From an uncultured Massilimicrobiota sp. (GTDB lineage Bacteria; Bacillota_I; Bacilli_A; Erysipelotrichales; Coprobacillaceae), in the NCBI GenBank assembly GCA_944325245.1, contig CALUZM010000002.1, positions 5,082 through 69,081 of the forward strand: a stretch of DNA of 64,000 bases, written 5' to 3'. The first letter of the stretch is position 1. Every line of letters starts with the position of its first letter. A program made the position numbers and the translations under genes. The notes below the pieces were generated by a model, which ran no database searches, was not told where the DNA came from, and saw nothing but the letters and a program-made list of their open reading frames with translations. Positions 1-9,516 of this stretch are shown piece after piece.

Positions 1-1
1 C

Positions 2-1666
2 GAATACAGAATGGTCAACAACGCACCATTGCAGGCATGGTTAAAAATCATTAAAGTGGATCAAGATGGACAAAAAATATCTTTATCTCATGCAACATTT
101 AAGTTGAAGGATAGTCAGGGAAATTATGTCAAACAAAAAGTTGGCATGATTTATAAGGATGAATGGACAACAGATGAAAAAGGTTATGTTGTTCTTGATA
201 ATATGCTTGAAGCAGGAGAATATACGATTGAAGAACTGAAAACTCCTGAAGGATTCCTTATTGGAGATGATATCAAAGTCAATATTTCTTCTGACAATAA
301 GGATATCATTTTTGATGAGGATCATCAGCCAGTCATTGAAGTTTCTTTTGTTGATGAAAAACCAACAGGACATCTGATTTTACATAAGGAATTTGAAAGA
401 GAGGAAGATACAGCTGTTGGCGGAGCACAGTTCAAGGTCACTGCTGATAGTGATATTGTTAATCCAGCAACAGGAAAAATGATTTATCATACAGGTGATA
501 TAGTCAGTATAGGCAATGCAACTGATGGTATCTATATGATTGATGAAAGTGGAAAACTGGAATTAACAGGTTTACCACTTGGAATAACTGGTGCCAGATA
601 CAAGGTTGAAGAGATTTCAACAGTGGATGGATATGTACTTTTAGATGAACCAGTTATCTTTGAATTTGATATCAAAGACAATACAACAAAGGAATATACA
701 GTGGAAAAGACAATTGAAAATAAATTAACAGAAACTTATTTCTCTAAACAGGATTTAAATGGTACAGAACTCAAAGGTGGAGAATATTCTGTCATTGATG
801 CGGAAAGTGACGAAATTATTGAACAATGGACAAGCGATGGAAGAACTCATTTGATTAAGGGGCTTGTTATTGGAAAAGATTATATCTATCGTGAAGATTT
901 GACACCACTTGGATATACTTATGCAAAAGATGTGAAGTTTACAATGTCAGAAAATAAACAGACAATTGTGATGAAAGATACACAGGTGGCTATCAATAAA
1001 TTAGATGAATCAGGAAATGTGGTTAAGGGAGCTATATTGCAGATTGTTGATGATCAAAAAAATGTGATTAACCAATGGACAACAGATGGCTCAGTTCATT
1101 ATGCTGAGGGGTTGCAAGTTGGAGAAATTTATATGATTGTTGAAATCAAGACTCCAGAAGGATACAAAACAGCTCCATCTGTGACATTCACTGTTGATGG
1201 AGAGCAGGATCTCTCAATAACTATGACAGATCATCGTATTTTGACTGACATTCTTGTTAATAAGATTGACAGCAAGACACATCAGAATATCATGCATAAT
1301 GATTTTGAATTTACCATTTATTCAGATGTTAAATGTCAAAATCCACTAAAGACAGTCAAAGCAGATACAACAAAGGGGACAGCAGTTTTTGAAGATTTAG
1401 AATATGGACAGACAGTCTATGTCAAAGAAACAAAAGCGCCTTTAGGCTATCAGTTATCTGATGAAGTCGTGAAGATTGTAATTGATGATCAGCTTGAAGG
1501 TATTGGGGATGTTTATAGCATAGAGTATGAAAATACAAGAATGCCTGTCAAAGTTGTACAAACAGATGATAATACGGCTATGATGGATGCATTTGTATTC
1601 GTTGGTGGTAGCTCTTTGTTGATTGCTGTTATGGCATATAGAATGAAGAAAAAGAAAGATGAATAG
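2..1666 (+). CDS. 5'-truncated cell-surface protein with tandem SpaA/Cna-B-like isopeptide domains and a C-terminal sortase-type anchor
   Basis: Frame is open from base 2, so the gene starts upstream of the window. Repeated E-box-like motifs (YTIEELKTPEGF, YMIVEIKTPEGY, YVKETKAPLGY), repeated WTTDG/WTSDG, and C-terminal VQTDD + hydrophobic helix + KKKK tail. Confidence 0.85.
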   Translation, partial: EYRMVNNAPLQAWLKIIKVDQDGQKISLSHATFKLKDSQGNYVKQKVGMIYKDEWTTDEKGYVVLDNMLEAGEYTIEELKTPEGFLIGDDIKVNISSDNKDIIFDEDHQPVIEVSFVDEKPTGHLILHKEFEREEDTAVGGAQFKVTADSDIVNPATGKMIYHTGDIVSIGNATDGIYMIDESGKLELTGLPLGITGARYKVEEISTVDGYVLLDEPVIFEFDIKDNTTKEYTVEKTIENKLTETYFSKQDLNGTELKGGEYSVIDAESDEIIEQWTSDGRTHLIKGLVIGKDYIYREDLTPLGYTYAKDVKFTMSENKQTIVMKDTQVAINKLDESGNVVKGAILQIVDDQKNVINQWTTDGSVHYAEGLQVGEIYMIVEIKTPEGYKTAPSVTFTVDGEQDLSITMTDHRILTDILVNKIDSKTHQNIMHNDFEFTIYSDVKCQNPLKTVKADTTKGTAVFEDLEYGQTVYVKETKAPLGYQLSDEVVKIVIDDQLEGIGDVYSIEYENTRMPVKVVQTDDNTAMMDAFVFVGGSSLLIAVMAYRMKKKKDE

Positions 1667-1872
1667 AAAGATAATGCATGTAATGGTGATTGCACTTTTT
1701 ATATTTTTATTAACATATTCAAGCGTATGGATGCTTTTAACAATCTTGTTTTTAAAGAATCATTGGAGAATCAAAAGAACATGATTGAAAGAGTATTGAA
1801 AAAGTGTTGTCGTTGAAATGTGATAGGGAATATATGAGTGATTGATAATGATAGTTTAAATGACTTGCAAAT

Positions 1873-1920
1873 GAAAAAGGGTTTTAACGAAATTACGATT
1901 TCGCTAAAACCCCTTTTTTC
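1873..1920. terminator. Bidirectional intrinsic terminator between convergent genes
   Basis: AAAAAGGGTTTT..CGAAAT..ATTTCG..AAAACCCCTTTTTT inverted repeat with A and T tracts on both sides. Confidence 0.8.
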
Positions 1921-1926
1921 ATCATT

Positions 1927-3117
1927 TTATAAATTCAATAAACGTTTTGTGTCTCTTGCAATAACAAGTTCTTCATTTGTAGGAATGACATAAACTTTGA
2001 TTTTTGATTCAGGTTTTGAAATTAAACGTTCACCTTCACCATTTTCATTAGCATCATCATCCACCACAATACCTAAAGCTTCACTGACAAGTGATAAGAT
2101 TTCTTTTCTTGCATAAGCAGAATTTTCACCAATTCCAGCAGTAAAGGCAATAGCATCACAACCACCTAATGCAATAAAGTATCTACCGATATAAGCAATA
2201 ACTCTTCTAAAGAAAATATCAATCGCAAGTTTTGCTCTTTCATTTCCTTCGTTTGCAGCATTTAAGACATCTCTAAAATCACTTGATACACCTGATACAC
2301 CAAGTAAACCAGATTCTTTGTTAAGCATATGAATAACTTCTTTCATATCCATACCGACTTGTTCAATAAGATAATCAATGATTGAAGGATCCAGATCCCC
2401 ACTACGAGTTCCCATCATGATACCAGCAAGAGGTGTGAATCCCATAGATGTATTGATAGATTTTCCATCTTTAATAGCTGTTAAAGAACCACCAGCTCCT
2501 AAATGAGCAACAATGATTTTAGAATGTTCTGGATTTCCTAGTTTTTCAATAACTTTTTGAGAAACATAGAAATGAGAAGTTCCGTGAGCTCCATATTTTC
2601 TTACTTTATAATCTGTATAGAAATGATATGGAATAGGATAGATATAACATCTAGGTTCAAGTGTCTGATGGAAAGCTGTATCGAATACAGCGACTGCACC
2701 TGCATTAGGAATTGCTTCTTTAAATGCATAATATCCTGTTAAGTGTGCAGGATTATGTAAAGGTGCTAAAGCTTTTAATTCATCAATTTTTTGAATAACA
2801 TCTTCATCAATAATAGCTGATTCTTTAAAATAAGAACCCCCTTGAACAACTCTGTGTCCAACACCTTTAATATCATCTAATGAAGAAACAATATTCTTCT
2901 CTAATAATGTATCTAATAATAAATGTACAGCTTCTTTATGTGTTGGAATAGGTAAAGTACGAACCTCTTTTTCTCCATTATATTTAATGGTAAAAATAGA
3001 ATCATCTAAACCAATTCTTTCAACAACACCAGAAGTAATGACAGATTCATCATCCATTTCAAATAACTGGAATTTTAATGATGAACTACCAGCATTCACT
3101 GCAATAATTTTTGCCAT
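1927..3117 (-). CDS. ackA: Acetate kinase
   Basis: N-terminal MAKIIAVNAGSSSLKFQLF, GHRVVQGG, APLHNP, FDTAFHQT, YGAHGTSH, TSMGFTPLAG, IPTNEE. Start moved to the ATG at 3117 behind a GGAGG RBS. Confidence 0.97.
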   Translation of the reverse strand: MAKIIAVNAGSSSLKFQLFEMDDESVITSGVVERIGLDDSIFTIKYNGEKEVRTLPIPTHKEAVHLLLDTLLEKNIVSSLDDIKGVGHRVVQGGSYFKESAIIDEDVIQKIDELKALAPLHNPAHLTGYYAFKEAIPNAGAVAVFDTAFHQTLEPRCYIYPIPYHFYTDYKVRKYGAHGTSHFYVSQKVIEKLGNPEHSKIIVAHLGAGGSLTAIKDGKSINTSMGFTPLAGIMMGTRSGDLDPSIIDYLIEQVGMDMKEVIHMLNKESGLLGVSGVSSDFRDVLNAANEGNERAKLAIDIFFRRVIAYIGRYFIALGGCDAIAFTAGIGENSAYARKEILSLVSEALGIVVDDDANENGEGERLISKPESKIKVYVIPTNEELVIARDTKRLLNL

Positions 3118-3249
3118 TTTCTTATCCTCCCTTAATTCATCTTTATTATAGCATTTATTTATAAAAAAACTAGAGAAAAATGTTACGTCCATCAATAAAC
3201 ACTATAAAAAAGGTTTGTATTTTTTCTAAAAAAGAATATAATAGATATG

Positions 3250-3330
3250 AGCCAGGGGCGCATTTGCTGAGAAAGGTGAAAGCCTTGTCCCTTATGATCT
3301 GAACTGGGTAATGCCAGCGTAGAGAGTGCA
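3250..3330 (+). ncRNA. TPP (THI-box) riboswitch
   Basis: GGGG..GCTGAGA..CCCTT..GATCTGAACTGGGTAATGCCAGCGTAG core, followed by a terminator hairpin at about 3347-3378 and a thiamine transporter gene. Confidence 0.92.
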
Positions 3331-3407
3331 AATAATGTTTTTTGTGACTTTTTTACGTGGGTAGAAAAGTCTTTTTTATTTGTGGCTTGAATGAAAGGAG
3401 AAGAGTT

Positions 3408-3956
3408 ATGAAAAAATTTTTAAAAGTTAATTTGACAGTGAAAAGCATGTGCCAGCTTGCCATGTTTATGGCCATTACACTTGTTTTGAGCTATGTCAAT
3501 GAAATCATTCCATCCCTTCCACAAGGAGGGACAATCTCCGTTGATGTCATTGCCATCATGCTGTGTGGATATCTTATGGGAGCTGGATATGGTGTTATTT
3601 GTGGGGTTGGAGTTTCTATTTTACAGTTTGTTTTAGGTTTGGCAACTTATTATGGGCCATGGTCAGTTTTACTTGATTATGTATTGCCACTTGCCGTATG
3701 TGGATTAACGCCATTGGTTAAGACAACAAAGATTGGTGGTGTTCCTATTTGTTGGGGTGTTTTATTTGTGATGGTTTTGAAATATTTATCACATTTTGCA
3801 TCAGGAGCTTTCTTATTTGCATCTTATGCACCAGAAGGAATGAATCCAATTGTTTATTCATTAGGATATAATATTATCTATGTGGCACCAACACTTGTGT
3901 TGTGTATGATTGCTGTTCCATTATTATATTCACGATTAAAAAGAGTTTTTGCATAA
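3408..3956 (+). CDS. thiT: Energy-coupling-factor thiamine transporter S component (ThiT family)
   Basis: LPQGGTIS motif, SVLLDY, HFASG and WIYS-like PIVYSLGYN; hydrophobic; lies below the TPP riboswitch. Start at ATG 3408 after an AAAGGAG RBS. Confidence 0.88.
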   Translation: MKKFLKVNLTVKSMCQLAMFMAITLVLSYVNEIIPSLPQGGTISVDVIAIMLCGYLMGAGYGVICGVGVSILQFVLGLATYYGPWSVLLDYVLPLAVCGLTPLVKTTKIGGVPICWGVLFVMVLKYLSHFASGAFLFASYAPEGMNPIVYSLGYNIIYVAPTLVLCMIAVPLLYSRLKRVFA

Positions 3957-3980
3957 TCTCTCTTCAATGAGAGATTTTTT
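3955..3980 (+). terminator. Intrinsic terminator after thiT
   Basis: AATCTCTC-TTCAAT-GAGAGATT followed by a T tract. Confidence 0.75.
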
Positions 3981-4085
3981 TATTTGATTAAAGATAAGAA
4001 ATGCATCTTCCATTCATTTATCAGGTAAAACTGCTTTAAAAAAAGCGCGAACTTGTGTATAATGTGAATGTTATAGAAAGAGGTT

Positions 4086-4655
4086 ATGATTATGAATAAG
4101 ACATTTGTTGGTCAAAACATTCTTATTCATTGTTATAAACATGATGGAAGTATTCATCGTTGTTGGGACAAAGGGCTTGTTTTAGAAGAAACACCACATC
4201 ATTTTATTGTTGTCAATAATAGAACGTTAGTTACAGAGTCTGATGGTCGTAAATGGTATACAAGAGAACCGGCCATCTGTTATTTTCCAAAAAGGAAATG
4301 GTATAATGTGATTTGTATGATTCGTAAAACAGGTGTTCATTTTTATTGTAATATTGCCTCTCCAACATTATACGATGGTGAAGCCTTGAAATATATTGAT
4401 TATGATTTAGATTTAAAGGTTTTTCCTGATTATAAATATAAGATTTTAGATGAAGAAGAGTATCGCCAACATAAGGCTATCATGCATTATAGTGATGAAT
4501 TAGATTATATTTTACATCAACAGTTGAGCCAGCTTATTGAAATGACCATGAATATGTCTGGACCATTTAGACCTGGTTTTGCACAGCATTGGTATCATTT
4601 TTATCAGAGCGGAGAATACAAAAAAAGGAGAGATCATAGTGGATTTTCAAAATGA
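4086..4655 (+). CDS. DUF402 family protein (nucleoside tri/diphosphate phosphatase Ntdp/YgaC-like)
   Basis: HCYKHDGSIHRCW, TREPAICYF, YCNIASP, YIDYDLDLKVFPD motifs. Confidence 0.85.
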   Translation: MIMNKTFVGQNILIHCYKHDGSIHRCWDKGLVLEETPHHFIVVNNRTLVTESDGRKWYTREPAICYFPKRKWYNVICMIRKTGVHFYCNIASPTLYDGEALKYIDYDLDLKVFPDYKYKILDEEEYRQHKAIMHYSDELDYILHQQLSQLIEMTMNMSGPFRPGFAQHWYHFYQSGEYKKRRDHSGFSK

Positions 4656-5088
4656 ACAGGAAATGATTGATTTTGGAGAAAAATTAGCTCAACATTTATT
4701 TCCAAATGCTATTATTACCTTGGAAGGTGATTTGGGCGTTGGGAAAACAACTTTTACAAAAGGTATTGGAAAAGGTTTGGGAGTTCAAAAGATTATTAAT
4801 TCACCGACTTTTACCATTGTTAAACAATATCAAGGGAAATGGCCACTTTATCATTTTGATGCCTATCGTCTAGAAGGACAGGATGATGAATTGGGATTTG
4901 AAGAAATGTTTGAAGCGGATGGTGTTTGTGTGATTGAATGGCCTGAATATATTCAGGATATTTTACCAGCTGAAAAATTGGAAATACATATGACAAAAAA
5001 TAAAGATCAGACACGCAGTCTAAAGTTTTTTCCACATGGAGAAAAATATCAGCAATTATTAAAGGAGATGGGAATATGTTACAACTGA
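4639..5088 (+). CDS. tsaE: tRNA threonylcarbamoyladenosine biosynthesis ATPase TsaE
   Basis: LEGDLGVGKTTF Walker A, NSPTFTIV, YHFDAYRL, IEW. GTG start at 4639 behind an AAGGAG RBS. Confidence 0.95.
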   Translation: MDFQNEQEMIDFGEKLAQHLFPNAIITLEGDLGVGKTTFTKGIGKGLGVQKIINSPTFTIVKQYQGKWPLYHFDAYRLEGQDDELGFEEMFEADGVCVIEWPEYIQDILPAEKLEIHMTKNKDQTRSLKFFPHGEKYQQLLKEMGICYN

Positions 5089-5681
5089 TCATGGATACAT
5101 CAAATCAGTATTTAGTAGTTGCTTTGTATGAAGATGAAAAATGTTTAGAATCTATTCAGGAACTGGGATCAAAACGTCAATCTGAAAATGCTATTCCTTA
5201 TTTAGAAAAGTTATTAAAAAAATACAATAAAGAATTATTAGATGTAGATGAAATGGTTGTGACAATAGGACCAGGATCATATACGGGAGAAAGAGTTGCT
5301 TTGACTATTGCGAAAACTTTAAGCGTCATTTCTTCTGTACGCATAAAAGCTATTTCATCATTGGCGGCTTATGCCGGGTTAGAAAAATGTGTCTCTGTCA
5401 TTGATGCACGCAGTCAAAAAGTTTTTGTTTCTACCTATAATCATGGCAAAGCGTTAATGCCAGAACAGATGATTGAAATTTCGCAATTTTCTCAATTGAT
5501 GAATGATTATCAAGGTTATCAGGTAGTTGGACAAAGTGAGGTTGTTGACTTTCCACTTCATGAAGTGAATTTAGCAGCTCATTTACATGAACTGGCAAAA
5601 TTACAAGATGCCGTTGATAATGTAGATGCACTGGTGCCACGATATCTCAAAGATGTAGAGGCCAAGAAAATATGTTTATAG
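5076..5681 (+). CDS. tsaB: t6A biosynthesis protein TsaB
   Basis: IMDTS, VTIGPGSYTG.R, VIDARS motifs; position between tsaE and tsaD. Confidence 0.93.
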   Translation: MLQLIMDTSNQYLVVALYEDEKCLESIQELGSKRQSENAIPYLEKLLKKYNKELLDVDEMVVTIGPGSYTGERVALTIAKTLSVISSVRIKAISSLAAYAGLEKCVSVIDARSQKVFVSTYNHGKALMPEQMIEISQFSQLMNDYQGYQVVGQSEVVDFPLHEVNLAAHLHELAKLQDAVDNVDALVPRYLKDVEAKKICL

Positions 5682-6121
5682 AGCCTTTAAAAAAAGAAGA
5701 TTTAAAGGAAATCACTGATATTGAAGAGTCATTGATAGAAACACCATGGCGATTAGAAGATTTTGATTATGAATTGAATCAGAATCCATTTGCTCATCTT
5801 TTTGTATTAAAAGATCAACAACAGATTTTTGGGTATGTTGATTTATGGATCATGTATGAACAGGCGCAGATTTCTACAATTGGTGTGCGTCGGGATAAGC
5901 AGTCTCAAGGATTTGGGCAGCAGTTACTGTCATATGCAATGAAAATAGCTGAACAATCAGGAGTTGAAGTTATGAGCCTTGAAGTGCGACAGTCCAATCA
6001 GCATGCAATTGCGCTTTATCAAAAAAATGGATTTCAGATTCAAAGTATACGAAAAAATTATTATCAGGATAATCATGAAGATGCCTATTTGATGGTTAAG
6101 GAAATGGAGGGAAAAAGATGA
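5672..6121 (+). CDS. rimI: Ribosomal protein S18-alanine N-acetyltransferase (GNAT)
   Basis: QGFGQQLL, LEVRQSNQHAIALY..GF, RKNYYQDNHEDAYLM; typical tsaB-rimI-tsaD order. Confidence 0.9.
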   Translation: MFIEPLKKEDLKEITDIEESLIETPWRLEDFDYELNQNPFAHLFVLKDQQQIFGYVDLWIMYEQAQISTIGVRRDKQSQGFGQQLLSYAMKIAEQSGVEVMSLEVRQSNQHAIALYQKNGFQIQSIRKNYYQDNHEDAYLMVKEMEGKR

Positions 6122-7128
6122 GTCTTATTTTAGCTATTGAATCAAGTTGTGATGAAATGGCTGTCGCCATTTTAAAAGATAAAAGAGAATTGTTATGTAA
6201 TGTTGTGGCTTCACAGATTGATACCCATCGTTTGTTTGGGGGCGTTGTACCTGAGATTGCCAGTCGTATGCATGTAGAGTGTGTCTCTACAGTTTTAAAA
6301 ACAGCCTTATCTCAGGCACAGATTGATATGCATGACATTGATGCTATAGCTGTGACGAAAGGTCCTGGACTGGTAGGTTCTTTGCATGTTGGTATGCAGG
6401 CTGCTAAAACTTTGGCTTTGGCCTATCATAAACCTTTGATAGGTGTTCATCACATTGCTGGACATATTTATGCTAATGAGCTGGTGGAAGATATTCAATA
6501 TCCATGTCTCTGTCTGGTTGTCAGTGGAGGGCATAGTGAACTTGTTTATATGGAACATGAATTCTCTTTTGAAGTCATTGGTCAAACATTGGATGATGCC
6601 ATTGGTGAAGCTTATGATAAAGTAGGACGTGTTTTACATTTGCCATATCCTGGAGGCCCAGTGATTGATCGTATGGCAGCACAAGGAAAACATAGTTATG
6701 CCTTGCCACTTCCGTTAAATGATGAAAGTTATAATTTTTCTTTTAGTGGATTAAAGTCAGCTGTGATTAATCTTTGCCATAATGCCAAACAACGTGGAGA
6801 AGACATTGTGCCAGAAGATTTAGCATGTTCTTTTCAGGAAGTTGCTGTAGATGTACTCGTTTCTAAAACAATTAAAGCTGCACAGGATTACCATGCTAAA
6901 CAGATTATTGTAGCGGGTGGAGTCAGTGCCAATCAGGGCTTAAGACAGGCCTTGACAAAACAAAGCCCTATACCTGTTTTATTCCCACCAATGCGTTATT
7001 GTACGGATAATGCAGCGATGATTGCATCAGCAGCCCGTATTATGTTTGAACATCAATGTTTTTCACCGCTTGACTTAATGGTAAAACCGTCATATGATTT
7101 AGAAGAGGAAAGTCTTGGTGAATCATAA
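6118..7128 (+). CDS. tsaD: t6A biosynthesis protein TsaD
   Basis: LAIESSCDE, GGVVPEIASRMH, GPGLVGSL, HHIAGH, VSGGHSE, DDAIGEAYDKV, FSFSGLKS, CTDNAAMIA. Confidence 0.97.
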   Translation: MSLILAIESSCDEMAVAILKDKRELLCNVVASQIDTHRLFGGVVPEIASRMHVECVSTVLKTALSQAQIDMHDIDAIAVTKGPGLVGSLHVGMQAAKTLALAYHKPLIGVHHIAGHIYANELVEDIQYPCLCLVVSGGHSELVYMEHEFSFEVIGQTLDDAIGEAYDKVGRVLHLPYPGGPVIDRMAAQGKHSYALPLPLNDESYNFSFSGLKSAVINLCHNAKQRGEDIVPEDLACSFQEVAVDVLVSKTIKAAQDYHAKQIIVAGGVSANQGLRQALTKQSPIPVLFPPMRYCTDNAAMIASAARIMFEHQCFSPLDLMVKPSYDLEEESLGES

Positions 7129-7766
7129 TGGAAAAAAAACAACATAAAATTTCAAAAGCAACAATGTCTCGTTTTCCTGTGTATTTAAAAGCATTGCGCA
7201 ATATGCAACATGAAGGGAAAAATAATTTCTTGTCAAGCGAATTGGCTGAAGCAACAGGTATCTTAGATACGACAATTCGTCGTGATTTTAGCTTTTTAAC
7301 AACAAAAGAATCTTTAGGAAAACGTGGTATCGGCTACGATACAAAAGATATTATAAATATTTTAAATAATGTTTTAGGATTAGGATTAGATGAACCTATT
7401 ATTTTGATTGGGGTAGGCAATTTGGGTAGTGCCATTTTAAAATATAATCGTTGGCAGTATACAGTGGGTAAAATTGTCTGTGGTTATGATTCTGATCAAA
7501 ATAAAGTTGGAGAACGTTTTGGTGTGAAAATTCAACATATTGATGATTTGGAAAAAACTTTCCCTGAAGGCTGTAAAATTGCTATATTGGCTATTAGTCA
7601 GGATGTTCAACAAACTGTTGATCGTTTGATGGATTTAGGGGTCAAAGGCATTGTTGATTTTACACATACTCATTTTACTGTTCATCCTGATGTTGTTGTT
7701 CAAACTGTGGATGTTGTTGTCGCTATTCAGGAGCTTGTTTTAAAAATGCATGCAAATGATGAATAA
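7128..7766 (+). CDS. rex: Redox-sensing transcriptional repressor Rex
   Basis: ATMSRFPVY, TIRRDFS, GKRGIGY wing, Rossmann GVGNLGSAI. Confidence 0.9.
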   Translation: MEKKQHKISKATMSRFPVYLKALRNMQHEGKNNFLSSELAEATGILDTTIRRDFSFLTTKESLGKRGIGYDTKDIINILNNVLGLGLDEPIILIGVGNLGSAILKYNRWQYTVGKIVCGYDSDQNKVGERFGVKIQHIDDLEKTFPEGCKIAILAISQDVQQTVDRLMDLGVKGIVDFTHTHFTVHPDVVVQTVDVVVAIQELVLKMHANDE

Positions 7767-7809
7767 AGTATTGAAATTTCATCAAAAAGATGGTAATAAT
7801 ATTTATAAA

Positions 7810-8032
7810 GTTATGATTTGAGAACACCTTATAAACATGTTTAAAAGCGACTTTTGGATGGTGAAAGCAAAAGAAACATATATAATGTGGAACACTCAAT
7901 GAACTGGATAGGAGAAATGTGAGTAGACTATCCCGCAAGACTGCGTTATGGTAAGAGAGCATGATCGTCAGATGATGAATGAGGATGGTACCGCGATATT
8001 TCAAGTCGTTCCTTTAAGGAATGACTTTTTTT
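7810..8032 (+). ncRNA. T-box leader (Asn specifier AAC at 7891-7893)
   Basis: Stem I TTGAG..CTCAA with GGTGAAA loop, specifier AAC, T-box GAGGATGGTACCGCG, terminator AAGTCGTTCC-TTTAA-GGAATGACTTTTTT; upstream of asnS. Confidence 0.88.
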
Positions 8033-8049
8033 GTTAGGAGGAGAAAACA

Positions 8050-9435
8050 ATGTTTGAGTTTATGACTGTAAGAGAATTATATGAAATGGTGTTAGCTGGA
8101 GAAGCCATGGAAACAGAAAGCCTGGAATATGTGGAATTAGATGGTTGGGTACGTACAAATCGTGATAATGGTAAAGTTGGTTTTATTGCATTAAATGATG
8201 GAACGTATTTTAGAAACTGTCAGATTGTATATTTACAGGAAAATTTATCTAATTATGATGAAGTAAAACATATCAGCACAGGAAGTGCTATACGTGTATT
8301 AGGAAAATTTAAATTGACACCTGATGCGAAACAGCCATTTGAAATTGAAGCAACCCAAGTTGTTGTAGAAGGTGCCTGTGACGATGATTTCCCATTACAA
8401 AAGAAGAGACACTCTTTTGAATATATGCGTGAAATCCCACATCTTCGTCCTCGTGCCAATACATTTTATGCGATTTTTAGATTAAGAAGTGTCTTGTCTA
8501 TGGCTATTCATGAATTTTTCCAGTCACAAGGATTCGTTTATGTTCATACACCTATTATTACAAGTAATGATGGTGAAGGTGCTGGCGAAATGTTTAGAGC
8601 CACAACAATTGATGATACAAATTTTGATAAAGATTTCTTTGGTAAAGAAGCTTTCTTAACAGTTACAGGACAGCTTCATGTTGAAGCTTTCTGTATGGCA
8701 TTTAGAGATGTCTATACATTTGGACCTGCTTTTAGAGCTGAAAATTCTAATACTTCACGTCATGCAAGTGAGTTTTGGATGATTGAACCAGAAATTGCTT
8801 TTGCCGATTTGGAAGATGATATGGATTTGATTGAAGACATGGTTAAATATTGTATTGATTACGTTTTAGAAAATGCACCTGAGGAAATGAAATTCTTTGA
8901 ACAGATGATTGATAAAGATTGTATTCAAAGAATTACACATGTCAAAAATAGTGAATTTAAACGTATGACTTATACTGAAGCTATTGAAATTCTTGAAAAA
9001 GCAGATGTTAAATTTGAGAATAAAGTTGAATGGGGTATGGATTTAAATAGTGAACATGAACGTTATATTTGTGAACAGATTGTTGGTGGACCAGTGTTCC
9101 TAACAGATTATCCAAAAGAAATCAAAGCCTTTTATATGCGTTTAAATGATGATGGAAAAACAGTGGCTGCATGTGATTTACTGGTTCCAGGTATTGGGGA
9201 ACTTGTTGGAGGAAGCCAACGTGAAGAAAGATATGAAGTTCTTGAAAAAATTATGGATGAAAAACAAATGTCTAAAGAAGGACTTCAATGGTATATGGAT
9301 TTAAGAAGATTTGGTGGATGTAAACATGCTGGTTTTGGTTTAGGATTTGATCGTTTCTTGATGTATTTAACTGGTATGCAAAACATTAGAGATGTTGAAC
9401 CATTCCCAAGAACACCAAGAAATTTAAAATTTTAA
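8050..9435 (+). CDS. asnS: Asparagine--tRNA ligase
   Basis: [78 protein letters not shown]. Confidence 0.97.
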   Translation: MFEFMTVRELYEMVLAGEAMETESLEYVELDGWVRTNRDNGKVGFIALNDGTYFRNCQIVYLQENLSNYDEVKHISTGSAIRVLGKFKLTPDAKQPFEIEATQVVVEGACDDDFPLQKKRHSFEYMREIPHLRPRANTFYAIFRLRSVLSMAIHEFFQSQGFVYVHTPIITSNDGEGAGEMFRATTIDDTNFDKDFFGKEAFLTVTGQLHVEAFCMAFRDVYTFGPAFRAENSNTSRHASEFWMIEPEIAFADLEDDMDLIEDMVKYCIDYVLENAPEEMKFFEQMIDKDCIQRITHVKNSEFKRMTYTEAIEILEKADVKFENKVEWGMDLNSEHERYICEQIVGGPVFLTDYPKEIKAFYMRLNDDGKTVAACDLLVPGIGELVGGSQREERYEVLEKIMDEKQMSKEGLQWYMDLRRFGGCKHAGFGLGFDRFLMYLTGMQNIRDVEPFPRTPRNLKF

Positions 9436-9463
9436 AATATAACGGAAAACCGTTATATTTTTT
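9436..9463 (+). terminator. Intrinsic terminator after asnS
   Basis: AAATATAACGG-AAAA-CCGTTATATTT followed by Ts. Confidence 0.75.
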
Positions 9464-9516
9464 CATATTCATTCATTTTATTTTGTAGTATAATGAAAAC
9501 ACGAGGTGAAAAAATA

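Noticed and set aside
150-1100. Short DNA repeats such as (G/C)AATGGACAA in the adhesin gene
   Set aside because: Explained by the repeated WT(T/S)D protein motif, not an independent repeat element.
3178-3195. Possible CcpA cre site upstream of ackA (TGTTACGTCCATCA)
   Set aside because: The central CG is out of register with the cre consensus.
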